Below, piece after piece: positions 1 through 9,260 of a stretch of DNA of 64,000 nt. The notes below the pieces were generated by a model. That model was not told where the DNA came from. It was given only the letters and a program-made list of their open reading frames with translations, and did not search any database. Every line of letters starts with the position of its first letter. Position 1 is the stretch's first letter. The translations under genes and the position numbers were made by a program. Origin of the DNA: Bacteroidales bacterium (GTDB lineage Bacteria; Bacteroidota; Bacteroidia; Bacteroidales; UBA932); NCBI GenBank assembly GCA_017560825.1, contig JAFZED010000007.1, positions 6,284 through 70,283 of the forward strand, read 5' to 3'.

Positions 1-149
1 TTGAAGTCGTCGCTGTTGAGTTCCACGACGGCTTTTGTCTTCTTGCCCTGTGAGGAGTCTCCCGCGTTACGTGCTCCTGCATTTCCGCAGGAAGTGATCA
101 TTATCGCTGCACTCAAGGCAACGATCGCTATTCTTTCTAAAGTCTTCAT
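1..149 (-). CDS. Partial lipoprotein, probably thioredoxin family (runs off the window edge)
   Basis: Not in the ORF track. ATG at 149 reads MKTLERIAIVALSAAIMITSC-GNAG...KAVVELNSDDF: lipobox ITSC and a thioredoxin-like N-terminal VVEL..DDF. Minus-strand TATTTTTG at 163-170. Any CxxC lies outside the window. Confidence 0.6.
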   Translation of the reverse strand, partial: MKTLERIAIVALSAAIMITSCGNAGARNAGDSSQGKKTKAVVELNSDDF

Positions 150-236
150 AATCGGTTTTTTGCAAAAATAATAATATTCGTCATTTCATTCAACCCGCCT
201 TCGCCAAATCAATGCCAAGGGTAACGTAAATATATC

Positions 237-244
237 TATATTTG
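237..244 (+). promoter_or_regulatory. Bacteroidota -7 promoter element (TATATTTG)
   Basis: Matches TAnnTTTG, 25 nt upstream of the ATG at 270. Confidence 0.55.
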
Positions 245-269
245 CGAGTCTTTTAACGGGATATGTCAG

Positions 270-1310
270 ATGAAGAATATAAATATATATGTATATATCG
301 CCGCTGCGGCCATTCTGGCCGCCTGCGCCGCAAGCGACGGCAGGCCGAAGGCCTCGCCCTCGTGCGAATATGCCTCATATTTCGATATCCTTGCCGACTC
401 GGCAGTCGTTGCCATATCCCCGTTTGACGGAAGTTCCGACACTGTGCTTGTCCGTCAGCCTTTGAGGCGGATAATATGTATGTCGTCAACAAATGTCGCC
501 TGCCTTTCTGCCATCGGTGCCGACAGTCTGGTCGCGGCGGTCTCCGGTGCGGGCTATCTGGCGAAACTCCCGTATGAGGGAGTCCCGGACATCGGCTATG
601 AAGCTGCCCTGGACTATGAGAAAATACTGGAAATCAAGCCGGATCTTCTTGTTGCCTATGTTGTGTCAGGTGCTGAGCCTCAATATATTACAAAATTGCG
701 TTCCCTGGGAGTCCCAGTGCTGGTACTTCACGACCACCTCGAGAATCATCCTCTTGCAAGGGCTGAATATGTCCGCCTTTTCGGTGCGCTGACAGGCCGT
801 CAGGAACAGGCTGATTCGGTCTTCTGTTATGTCAGGGACAGGTATGAGACTCTTGCGGAATCAGTAGAAGCTACTGACCGGGTGAAGGTCCTTCTCAACA
901 TCCCCTATGCGGATGCCTGGTACATCCCTGGAGCGGAGAATTATATGTCGCAGCTCGTGCGCGATGCAGCCGGGGAAGTCCTGGGGGCTCAGGCCGGAGC
1001 TTCAAAGTCAAGGGTGGTGTCGCTTGAAGATGCCTACGGGATTTCGCAGAAAGCAGACATATGGTTAAATCCAGGACATTGCAGGACCCGTTCGCAACTT
1101 GCCTCTGTCCATCAGCTCTTTCCTTCCTTCGGTCCTTTGGCAAATGATTTACCTATATATAATAACACCCTCAGGACAACGCCCGAGGGTGGTAACGATT
1201 TCTGGGAATCCGGAGCCGTGAGACCTGACCTCATTCTTGAGGATCTGATACAGGTCTTTCATTATGACGGCAGCGGAAACCTGAATTATTATTTCAGATT
1301 AGAAGATTAG
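270..1310 (+). CDS. ABC transporter substrate-binding lipoprotein, BtuF/iron-siderophore-cobalamin type
   Basis: Lipobox LAAC; RRIICMSST, DYEKILEIKPDL, EnHPLARAEYV and C-terminal NDFWESGAVRPDLILEDLI are typical of Bacteroidota helical-backbone binding proteins. Confidence 0.8.
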   Translation: MKNINIYVYIAAAAILAACAASDGRPKASPSCEYASYFDILADSAVVAISPFDGSSDTVLVRQPLRRIICMSSTNVACLSAIGADSLVAAVSGAGYLAKLPYEGVPDIGYEAALDYEKILEIKPDLLVAYVVSGAEPQYITKLRSLGVPVLVLHDHLENHPLARAEYVRLFGALTGRQEQADSVFCYVRDRYETLAESVEATDRVKVLLNIPYADAWYIPGAENYMSQLVRDAAGEVLGAQAGASKSRVVSLEDAYGISQKADIWLNPGHCRTRSQLASVHQLFPSFGPLANDLPIYNNTLRTTPEGGNDFWESGAVRPDLILEDLIQVFHYDGSGNLNYYFRLED

Positions 1311-1859
1311 CTTGAAATCGAAAAGGTCGTTTTCTTCGAAGACGGCCTTTATCCTTGTCTCTTCCTCGCTGCTGTCGCATATCTGTGCTGCAGGTGCAAG
1401 CTCTACCGCAACAAAGTCTCCGATCCTGAGTGTTGTAAGCTTTGAGGCCTTGCAGATAGCTTCTTCTACCTTTTCTTTCAGCCCCTCTGTCGTGTGGCTG
1501 AATATTCTTTCTCCATTTCTGAAGAACTCACAGGACTTGTCGGCAGTCTCCAGCAGTTCCTGTCCGCCTACAGGTGAAGGAAGTATGGAGGTGTGGTCTG
1601 CGCAGGAAGCTGAGGCAAGGTCAGGAAGGAAGTCACCTATATATAATAGTGTTCCGAATCCGACTCCGTCGTAGTAGCGTGAAACGAACTTTCCGCTTAT
1701 GCATTTGCCTGCCTTGCTGATTCTGACATAGACAACAGGTGTCCAGTGCAGGCTATTCACAGACTCGGGAGAGTAGAAGTCCTTGCTCTCTCTCTCCCAA
1801 GTAGTGTCAGGCCGGCAGTAGCAGCGGCTGCTGCCGTATGGCTGTATTGATATATTCAT
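1299..1859 (-). CDS. Fumarylacetoacetate hydrolase-family protein, divergent
   Basis: RPDT...FY.PE, VRISKAGKCISGKFVSRYYDGV and S..TTLRIGD match Bacteroidota FAH-like proteins; the metal-binding ExE is missing. Confidence 0.6.
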   Translation of the reverse strand: MNISIQPYGSSRCYCRPDTTWERESKDFYSPESVNSLHWTPVVYVRISKAGKCISGKFVSRYYDGVGFGTLLYIGDFLPDLASASCADHTSILPSPVGGQELLETADKSCEFFRNGERIFSHTTEGLKEKVEEAICKASKLTTLRIGDFVAVELAPAAQICDSSEEETRIKAVFEENDLFDFKLIF

Positions 1860-1864
1860 ATATA

Positions 1865-2779
1865 TTAATCGTTATCCTGTGCGAACAGGCCGCCGAGGCC
1901 TTCGAACGGCGTGTAGCCCTTTGTTCTTGGCACTGATGTCGTTCTTTTAGGGGCTGCTGCCTTCTTCTCCTCTTCGTACTGAGCCTTCAGACGCGCGAAC
2001 TGGCGTTTGGTGTCCAGGGTGAAGTCGCCGTTGTCGATCCAGGCGAAGTAAGATGGCTCGCTGAAGTACACCTCGCGTGCTGTCTTGCCCTTGTGCTTTC
2101 CGAAGCTGATCACAGGCTCGTCATTGTCTCCGAGAATAAGTCTTCCGGCATAGTCGACTGTCTTCTGCTTTGTCGACATCTTTGCGAGCTTGTCCACGTT
2201 GTTCTCTATTCTTGGGTCGCCTTCGTACTTGTCAAGCTGGCCCTTGAGCACCTCGTATGTGGCAAGAGTGTCGGCTTCAGCTGCGTGTGCATTCTCCAGG
2301 TCCTTGCCGCAGTAGAACATATATGCTGCCTTGAGTGTGCGTGGCTCCATCATATGGAATATGTTCTGCACGTCGACCATCTTCATCTCGTGAAGGTTGA
2401 TCTGGATGTCCTTGCCGGTGAACTTGCGCACGCGCTCGATCTCCTCTGCAAGCATCGGAAGATCGAACTTCGCCGAGTTGAAGCCGGCCAGGTCGCTGTC
2501 GGTGAGGTATCCGATGACTTCATCTACGATCTGATAGAAAGTAGGGCAGTCCGCAAGATCCTCTGCCGAGATGCCGTGAACGGCCTGCGCTGACGGGTTT
2601 ATAGGTCTCTGGCACTGTCTCTCATAGTCCCAAGGCTTCACCCTCCAGGTCTTGACTTCCTGTCGTGCGCCCGGGTGGATCTTTACGAATGACAACTCGA
2701 TTATCGAGTCAGATGCGATGTTCAGGCCGGTGCTCTCGATGTCAAAGAACACCAACGGCCTTTCAAGATTCAGATCCAT
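1865..2779 (-). CDS. dnaQ: DEDDh 3'-5' exonuclease, DNA polymerase III epsilon-like
   Basis: ExoI FFDIESTG, ExoII GFNSAKFD, ExoIII AHAAEAD; C-terminal FGKHKGK...YFAWI domain; directly downstream of dnaN. Confidence 0.85.
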   Translation of the reverse strand: MDLNLERPLVFFDIESTGLNIASDSIIELSFVKIHPGARQEVKTWRVKPWDYERQCQRPINPSAQAVHGISAEDLADCPTFYQIVDEVIGYLTDSDLAGFNSAKFDLPMLAEEIERVRKFTGKDIQINLHEMKMVDVQNIFHMMEPRTLKAAYMFYCGKDLENAHAAEADTLATYEVLKGQLDKYEGDPRIENNVDKLAKMSTKQKTVDYAGRLILGDNDEPVISFGKHKGKTAREVYFSEPSYFAWIDNGDFTLDTKRQFARLKAQYEEEKKAAAPKRTTSVPRTKGYTPFEGLGGLFAQDND

Positions 2780-2780
2780 A

Positions 2781-3902
2781 TTATGAAATCATTATCGGCA
2801 TTATGATACCACAGATCTTTCCGCTCTCTTCTTCGTCTTCAGCCGGAACGATGAGTGCCGCTCTCTTGCTGTCGAGGAACTTCATCACGAGCTCTCCGCA
2901 GTTCATATTCGAGAGGATCTCGATGATGAACGGTGACTTGAATCCGATAGAAAGCTCGTCTCCGTCATACTGACACTGGATCTGCTCGTGTGCTGCAATT
3001 GAGAATCCGAGGTCCTGTGCAGAGATCATAAGGCTGCCGCTCTTGAGGTCGAACTTCACGTGGTTTGAAGCCTTGTTTGAGCAGACTGACACACGACGTA
3101 CGGTGTTGAGAAGCTGTGCTCTGTTTATTCTGAGGATGTTTGAGTTGTTCTGCGGGATGACATCGCGGTACTTAGGGTACTTGCCCACTACGAGTCGGCA
3201 GATGACCATTGTACCTCCGAACTGGAACACTGCATTCTTTGAGTCAAATGAAACCTCTACTGTTTCAGCATCCTTGCCGATGATGGCCTTGAGGATGGCT
3301 GCAGGTTTCTTATGGAGAATGAATGATGCCTTCTCTGAAGCCTTTACGTCTGCTGTGGTGTAGCAGATGAGCTTGTGTGAGTCGGAAGCTACGAGAGTTG
3401 TAGAATTCAGGTCGATGTCGAAGAAGATACCGTTCATTGCAGGACGGATCTCGTCGTCAGCGGTTGCATAGATTGTGCTTGAAATACCGTCTACGAGGCT
3501 CTGTGCAGGGAACTGTACTGTCACTGCTGTCTCGTCTGTACCTGTGATTGCTGGGTAGTCTTCTGCAGGGAAGTAAGGGAGTGTGGATTCTCCGCTTGCC
3601 CAGCTGCATACGAACGAGCTGTCGCTTGATGTGTTGATTGTCAGCGGCTGGTCAGGAAGCTCCTTGAGGAGGTCCATCATATGTTTTGCCGGAACTGCGA
3701 TTCTTCCTTCTTCCTCGGTGCTTTCAACCTCGATCTTTGTCTTGAGGGTAAGTTCCGAGTCTGAAGCGGTGATCTCCAGGAGATTTCCCTTCAGGTCGAA
3801 GAGGAAGTTCTCAAGAATCGGAAGCGGTGACTTTGCCGGAATAGCCTTTGCTACTGACATTACTCCTTTGAGCAACTCTGAGCTGGAAATTATAAGTTTC
3901 AT
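2781..3902 (-). CDS. dnaN: DNA polymerase III beta sliding clamp
   Basis: 373 aa; LPILENFL, RPAMNGI, VASDSHKL, GKYPKY, C-terminal IMPI. Confidence 0.97.
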   Translation of the reverse strand: MKLIISSSELLKGVMSVAKAIPAKSPLPILENFLFDLKGNLLEITASDSELTLKTKIEVESTEEEGRIAVPAKHMMDLLKELPDQPLTINTSSDSSFVCSWASGESTLPYFPAEDYPAITGTDETAVTVQFPAQSLVDGISSTIYATADDEIRPAMNGIFFDIDLNSTTLVASDSHKLICYTTADVKASEKASFILHKKPAAILKAIIGKDAETVEVSFDSKNAVFQFGGTMVICRLVVGKYPKYRDVIPQNNSNILRINRAQLLNTVRRVSVCSNKASNHVKFDLKSGSLMISAQDLGFSIAAHEQIQCQYDGDELSIGFKSPFIIEILSNMNCGELVMKFLDSKRAALIVPAEDEEESGKICGIIMPIMIS

Positions 3903-4098
3903 ATGTTTTGTGTTTAATTATTATTTTCGTGTTTTTCGGCAGTATACACCACCGCATAATAAGTGAACAAATATAGAAAATATTTCCGACTCGTTGGCAT
4001 ATTTTTTGAAAATTTACCCGCTTGGTTTTTAAATATGACTTTGTGTCAGTGAAATCCGGCTATTAACAGATTAAAATTCAAATAATATCGTAGATAAT

Positions 4099-5535
4099 AT
4101 GAAAAAAGGTTTATTGATTGTGGCTCTCGCTGCATTGGCAGGAGGGCTGACGAGCTATGCTGTGGTGAAGGGAATGTCAAATGGTCAGGTGACTGTGATT
4201 GAACAGAATGAGGGAGCTCATTTCAGGACTGTCAATCTGTCGCAGGACAACTGGCCTGATTTTACATATGCCGCTGAATCGGCAGTGGATGCAGTCGTGT
4301 ATGTGAAGGTGACATCTTCTGCACCTGCTGTGCAGCAGGCGCCAAGCTCGATATTCGATTTCTTCTTCGGCTTTCCGGAGGGTGGCGCACCTCAGCAGAG
4401 GGAGAGGGTCGGCAGCGGCTCCGGCGTAATCATCCGCGAAGACGGATATATAGTTACAAATAATCACGTGATCGACGGCGCGACCAAGATAGAGGTTACC
4501 CTCAATACGAACCAGACTTATCCGGCGACCTTGATCGGTACTGATCCGGCGACCGACATCGCTCTCTTGAAGATTGAGGCTCAGGGACTTCCGATCATTC
4601 CGTTCGGTGATTCGGATAAGCTTCGTCTCGGTGAATGGGTGATCGCTATCGGTTCTCCATATGACCTCCGTTCTACAATTACAGCGGGAATCGTGAGTGC
4701 AAAGGGACGTTCTATGCCTAACTACACCGGCGAGTTCAAGATCGAGTCGTTCATTCAGACCGATGCTGCAGTGAATCCGGGTAACAGCGGTGGTGCCCTT
4801 GTGGACAAGGCAGGAAATCTTGTAGGTATCAACACTGCCATCATATCGAAGACCGGTTCGTACACCGGCTATTCTTTCGCTGTCCCTTCCAACATCGTCA
4901 GGAAGATTGCCTATGACCTTATGGACTTCGGAAGCGTCAAGAGAGCTGTCCTTGGCATTGTAATGCAGCCGATTGATGATAAAATTGCTGAGGATTTGAA
5001 ACTTTCTTCAAGAAACGGCGTATATATTAACGAGGTTTCAAAGAGCGGTGCTGCAGATGAGGCCGGTATAAAGGCCGGAGATGTGCTGATCGCCATTGAT
5101 TCCACCAGGATTACAAATTCCGCTTCAGTCCTTGAAGCTGTCAGCAGATTCTCCCCTGGAGACAAGGCAAAGGTTACAGTGATAAGGGACGGCAAGGAGC
5201 AGGTATTTGAAGTTACATTCAAGGGTACCTCGCAGGAGACCGGAACTTTGTCGGATGACGGTTCTGTCGCTTTCTACGGCGCTTCCATCAAGGAAGCTTC
5301 GGAGGAGACACTCAGCAAGTTCGGCATCAAGCACGGAGTCGAGATCGTGGAGCTTGGACCTGGTAAGATTATGGAGGCAGGTGCGACAGAAGGATTCATC
5401 ATTCAGTATGTGAATGATCAGCCGGTCAAGACCCCTCAGGATGTGATAGACATAGTGAAGAAGTCGAAGAGGGCAGTGTTCATCCAGGGTATTACACCGT
5501 CAGGCAGAACAGGTTATTTCGGCTTCGGAGTGTAG
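4099..5535 (+). CDS. htrA: HtrA/DegP serine protease with two PDZ domains
   Basis: GSGSGVI, TNNHV, TDIALL, QTDAAVNPGNSGG catalytic motifs; PDZ region. Confidence 0.95.
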   Translation: MKKGLLIVALAALAGGLTSYAVVKGMSNGQVTVIEQNEGAHFRTVNLSQDNWPDFTYAAESAVDAVVYVKVTSSAPAVQQAPSSIFDFFFGFPEGGAPQQRERVGSGSGVIIREDGYIVTNNHVIDGATKIEVTLNTNQTYPATLIGTDPATDIALLKIEAQGLPIIPFGDSDKLRLGEWVIAIGSPYDLRSTITAGIVSAKGRSMPNYTGEFKIESFIQTDAAVNPGNSGGALVDKAGNLVGINTAIISKTGSYTGYSFAVPSNIVRKIAYDLMDFGSVKRAVLGIVMQPIDDKIAEDLKLSSRNGVYINEVSKSGAADEAGIKAGDVLIAIDSTRITNSASVLEAVSRFSPGDKAKVTVIRDGKEQVFEVTFKGTSQETGTLSDDGSVAFYGASIKEASEETLSKFGIKHGVEIVELGPGKIMEAGATEGFIIQYVNDQPVKTPQDVIDIVKKSKRAVFIQGITPSGRTGYFGFGV

Positions 5536-5562
5536 AAGAAGAAATTAACTTAATATAAAGGA

Positions 5563-6423
5563 ATGAGACAGCTAAAAATTACAAAATCGATTACCAATCG
5601 TGAGAGTGCGTCACTGGATAAGTATCTCCAGGAGATCGGTAGGGAAGAACTTATCACGGTAGAGGAGGAGGTGGAGCTCGCCCAGAGGATACGTAAGGGC
5701 GATCAGGCTGCCCTTGAGAAACTTACAAGAGCAAACCTCCGATTCGTGGTCTCTGTTGCGAAACAGTACCAGAATCAGGGACTCAGCCTTCCGGACCTTA
5801 TCAATGAGGGCAACCTCGGACTTATCAAGGCTGCTGAGAAGTTTGATGAGACAAGAGGTTTCAAGTTCATCTCTTACGCTGTGTGGTGGATCCGTCAGTC
5901 GATTCTTCAGGCTCTTGCAGAGCAGTCAAGAATCGTACGACTCCCTCTCAACCAGGTTGGATCGCTCAACAAGATAAACAAGGCTCTCTCAAAGTTCGAG
6001 CAGGAGAACGAGCGTATGCCGTCAAGCGAGGAGCTTTCAGAGATGATCGATGTGCCAAAGGATAAGATTGCAGACACCCTTCGAGTTTCAGGACGCCACG
6101 TGTCGGTTGATGCTCCTTTCGTGGAAGGAGAGGACAACAGCCTCTTGGACGTGCTCGTGAACAACGACTCTCCAAGCGCAGACCGCGGTCTCGTGAACGA
6201 GTCTCTCAACAAGGAGATTGAAAGAGCGCTTTCTACTCTTGCAACCCGTGAAAGAGAGATCATCAAGTCATTCTTCGGCATCGGATGTCAGGAGATGACC
6301 CTCGAGGAGATCGGTGAGCGTTTCGGCCTTACAAGAGAGCGTGTGCGCCAGATCAAGGAAAAGGCAATCCGTAAACTCAAGAACAATTCAAGAAGCAAAC
6401 TTTTGAAAAGCTATTTAGGATAA
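5563..6423 (+). CDS. rpoD: Primary RNA polymerase sigma factor (short Bacteroidota type)
   Basis: [14 protein letters not shown] start; [35 protein letters not shown]...TRERVRQI; no region 1.1. Confidence 0.97.
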   Translation: MRQLKITKSITNRESASLDKYLQEIGREELITVEEEVELAQRIRKGDQAALEKLTRANLRFVVSVAKQYQNQGLSLPDLINEGNLGLIKAAEKFDETRGFKFISYAVWWIRQSILQALAEQSRIVRLPLNQVGSLNKINKALSKFEQENERMPSSEELSEMIDVPKDKIADTLRVSGRHVSVDAPFVEGEDNSLLDVLVNNDSPSADRGLVNESLNKEIERALSTLATREREIIKSFFGIGCQEMTLEEIGERFGLTRERVRQIKEKAIRKLKNNSRSKLLKSYLG

Positions 6424-8213
6424 TGACTCCAGAAAATTTCATTATAGCCAAAGCGTCTGAAGCAATTCAGGCGCTTTACGGCGTTGAAGTGCCTGCAGCC
6501 CAGCTTCAGGTACAGGTGACACGAAAGGAATTCGAGGGTGACTACACATTGGTGGTGTTCCCGCTCCTGAAGATGTCAAAGACAACTCCTGAGAACACAG
6601 GAAACGCAATAGGAGAGTGGCTCAAGGCCAATGTTCCGGAGGTTGCGGCTTACAACACAGTGAAGGGCTTCCTTAACATCTCATTCTCAGAGGTGTACTG
6701 GAATAATGTTTTCGCTGAGATTGCGGCTGCAGAGGATTTCGGTCAGCTCCCTTCTACAGGCAGGACCATTATGGTGGAGTATTCTTCACCTAATACAAAC
6801 AAGCCTCTCCATCTGGGACACATCCGTAACAATCTCCTCGGATGGTCTGTGGCCCAGCTTCTCAAGACTTGCGGCCACAATGTGATGAAGGTGAACCTCG
6901 TGAATGACCGTGGTATCCACATCTGCAAGTCTATGTACGCTTGGCAGGTACTTGGTAACGGCGAGACTCCTCAGTCTTCCGGCAAGAAGGGTGACCACCT
7001 GGTAGGAGACTATTATGTGGCATTCAACAATCTGTATAAGAAGGAAGTAGATGAGCTTGTTGCCGGCGGAATGTCAAAGGAGGAAGCAGAGAAGAATGCA
7101 CCTTCGCTCAAGGCTGCTCAGGAAATGCTCTTCAAGTGGGAGAATGGCGATGCTGAAGTAGTAGAGCTCTGGAAGACAATGAACGGCTGGGTTTACGAGG
7201 GCTTCGACAAGACATATGGGGATCTCGGAATTGATTTCGACAGAACCTATTACGAGTCCCAGACCTACCTCTTCGGAAAGGCACTCGTCCAGAAGGGTCT
7301 TGTAGACGGTATCTTCGAAACACAGGAAGATGGTTCTGTATGGTGCGACCTCACAGCTGACGGACTCGACAGAAAGCTCCTTCTCCGTGGAGACGGAACA
7401 TCTGTATATATGACACAGGACCTCGGAACTGCAGAGCAGCGTTTTGCTGAATACAGTCTTGACGAGCATATATATGTAGTAGGAAACGAGCAGAACTACC
7501 ACTTCCAGGTGCTCAAGCTCATCCTTGGCAAGCTCGGATTTGACTGGGCTGAGAGCATCTATCACCTTTCATACGGTATGGTCGAGCTTCCTGAGGGTAA
7601 GATGAAATCGCGTGAGGGAACTGTAGTTGACGCAGACGACCTCGTTGCTGCTATGTACAACACTGCAAAGGAGACTTCACTTGAGCTTGGAAAGATCAAT
7701 GACTTCTCTGCTGAGGAGCAGGATGCCCTCTTCAAGATGATCAGCCTCGGTGCCTTGAAGTACTTTATCCTCAAGGTGGATCCTCGCAAGACAATGCTCT
7801 TCGATCCTAAGGAGTCTATCGACTTCAACGGAAACACAGGTCCGTTCATCCAGTACACCCACGCCCGTATCAAGTCAATCCTCCGCAAGGCTGATGAGAA
7901 GGGCGTACCGCACAACGCTGATGCAGTGAAGCCTGAGTCTGAGCTTACTCCTAAGGAGGTGCGTATCATCAAGATCCTCAACACCTTCCCGGCTAAGGTG
8001 GCGGAGGCAGGTGCAGCACATTCGCCTGCAGTGATTGCAAACTTTGCTTATGAACTTGCAAAGGAGTTCAACCAGTACTATCACGACACTCCTATCCTCC
8101 GCGAGGAGAACCAGGCGCTTCTTCAGTATCGCCTCGTTCTCGTGGAGACAATCGCAAAGGTTCTCCGCAAGGCGATGTCTATCCTCGGAATCGCTCTTCC
8201 AGAGAGAATGTAA
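6423..8213 (+). CDS. argS: Arginine--tRNA ligase
   Basis: VEYSSPNTNKPLHLGH, KMKSREG, GPFIQYTHARIKSILRK, C-terminal PERM; TAATG overlap with rpoD. Confidence 0.97.
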   Translation: MTPENFIIAKASEAIQALYGVEVPAAQLQVQVTRKEFEGDYTLVVFPLLKMSKTTPENTGNAIGEWLKANVPEVAAYNTVKGFLNISFSEVYWNNVFAEIAAAEDFGQLPSTGRTIMVEYSSPNTNKPLHLGHIRNNLLGWSVAQLLKTCGHNVMKVNLVNDRGIHICKSMYAWQVLGNGETPQSSGKKGDHLVGDYYVAFNNLYKKEVDELVAGGMSKEEAEKNAPSLKAAQEMLFKWENGDAEVVELWKTMNGWVYEGFDKTYGDLGIDFDRTYYESQTYLFGKALVQKGLVDGIFETQEDGSVWCDLTADGLDRKLLLRGDGTSVYMTQDLGTAEQRFAEYSLDEHIYVVGNEQNYHFQVLKLILGKLGFDWAESIYHLSYGMVELPEGKMKSREGTVVDADDLVAAMYNTAKETSLELGKINDFSAEEQDALFKMISLGALKYFILKVDPRKTMLFDPKESIDFNGNTGPFIQYTHARIKSILRKADEKGVPHNADAVKPESELTPKEVRIIKILNTFPAKVAEAGAAHSPAVIANFAYELAKEFNQYYHDTPILREENQALLQYRLVLVETIAKVLRKAMSILGIALPERM

Positions 8214-8236
8214 GTATATGTGGATATATTTTTATT

Positions 8237-8274
8237 CAGGCGGCACGATTTTTTTTATCGTGTCGCCTGTTTTT
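8237..8274 (+). terminator. Intrinsic terminator after argS
   Basis: Stem CAGGCGGCACGAT / ATCGTGTCGCCTG followed by TTTTT. Confidence 0.8.
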
Positions 8275-8354
8275 GTGTGTATTGATAATCAATTATATAC
8301 GTGGTATTGTCGTGAAGTTTCAGATTATCGCGCGAAAAAAGTTTGAAATTTTTT

Positions 8355-8395
8355 ATTTAGAACTATTCCAAATTATAAAAATTGTATTACCTTTG
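8355..8395 (+). promoter_or_regulatory. Promoter with overlapping Fur/PerR-family-like palindromic operator
   Basis: ATTTAGAA-CTA-TTCCAAAT (8355-8373, one mismatch) lies over the expected -33 position of the -7 element TACCTTTG (8388-8395), upstream of rubrerythrin. Confidence 0.55.
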
Positions 8396-8426
8396 CAGAA
8401 GTAAATGAAAATAAAACACAAAAGAT

Positions 8427-8603
8427 ATGGAAAAGGAACTTGTATTAAAGACTATGAAAGAGGCTGGAAAGCCGATTGCAGCAGGAGAAGTTGCAACATT
8501 GTCAGGACTTGACAGAAAGGTTGTGGACAAGGTGTTCGCAGAGCTCAAGAAAGAGGGTGCGATCATCTCTCCGGTAAGATGCAAATGGACACCAGCAGAG
8601 TAA
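8427..8603 (+). CDS. 58-aa winged-helix protein (MarR-like HTH), absent from the ORF track
   Basis: MEKELVLKTMKEAGKPIAAGEVATLSGLDRKVVDKVFAELKKEGAIISPVRCKWTPAE; A-rich leader, host-like codon usage, lies between the promoter and rubrerythrin. Confidence 0.85.
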   Translation: MEKELVLKTMKEAGKPIAAGEVATLSGLDRKVVDKVFAELKKEGAIISPVRCKWTPAE

Positions 8604-8643
8604 TGAGATTAAATTAAGTGGAATTTTTAAATACTGAACAGAT

Positions 8644-9219
8644 ATGAAAAGCGTAAAAGGAACAAGAACAGAGCAGAACCTCCTTAAGTCATTCGCAGGA
8701 GAGAGCCAGGCAAGAAGCAGGTATACATTCTTCGCAGAAGTTGCAAGAAAAGAGGGTTATGAGCAGATAGCAGCTGTGTTTATGGAGACAGCTGAGCAGG
8801 AGAGAGAGCACGCAAAGCGTTTCTTCAACTTCCTCGAGGGTGGCGATCTTGAGATCACAGCAACTTACCCTGCAGGTAAGGTCGGCACAACTTCTGAGAA
8901 TCTTCTTGCTGCAGCTATGGGAGAGAATGAGGAGTGGGATGTACTTTACAAGGAGTTTGCTGAAGTTGCTTCAGAGGAAGGCTTCCCTGCAATCGCTGCC
9001 GCTTACAAGAACATCGCAAAGGTGGAGGCAGAGCACGAGCGCCGTTACCTCAAGCTTCTCAGCCGCCTCTCGGACGGTGACTTCTTCAAGCGCGACGGCA
9101 AGATCTGGTGGCAGTGCCGCAACTGTGGCTACATCGTTGAGGCTGAGGCTGCTCCGAAGACCTGTCCTGCCTGCCTCTTCCCACAGGCTTACTTCGAGCC
9201 TATGAAGGAGAACTACTAG
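8644..9219 (+). CDS. rbr: Rubrerythrin
   Basis: FAGESQARSRY; EREH and EAEH diiron motifs; C-terminal CRNC...CPAC rubredoxin domain. Confidence 0.95.
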   Translation: MKSVKGTRTEQNLLKSFAGESQARSRYTFFAEVARKEGYEQIAAVFMETAEQEREHAKRFFNFLEGGDLEITATYPAGKVGTTSENLLAAAMGENEEWDVLYKEFAEVASEEGFPAIAAAYKNIAKVEAEHERRYLKLLSRLSDGDFFKRDGKIWWQCRNCGYIVEAEAAPKTCPACLFPQAYFEPMKENY

Positions 9220-9260
9220 AAATTTACATTTCGGCCTTTATAAAAATATTTGACATAACG

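Noticed and set aside
5563-6423. Unusually short primary sigma factor
   Set aside because: Absence of region 1.1 is normal for Bacteroidota.
8387-8584. 65-aa minus-strand ORF in the track
   Set aside because: Shadow of the better-supported plus-strand 58-aa gene at 8427-8603.
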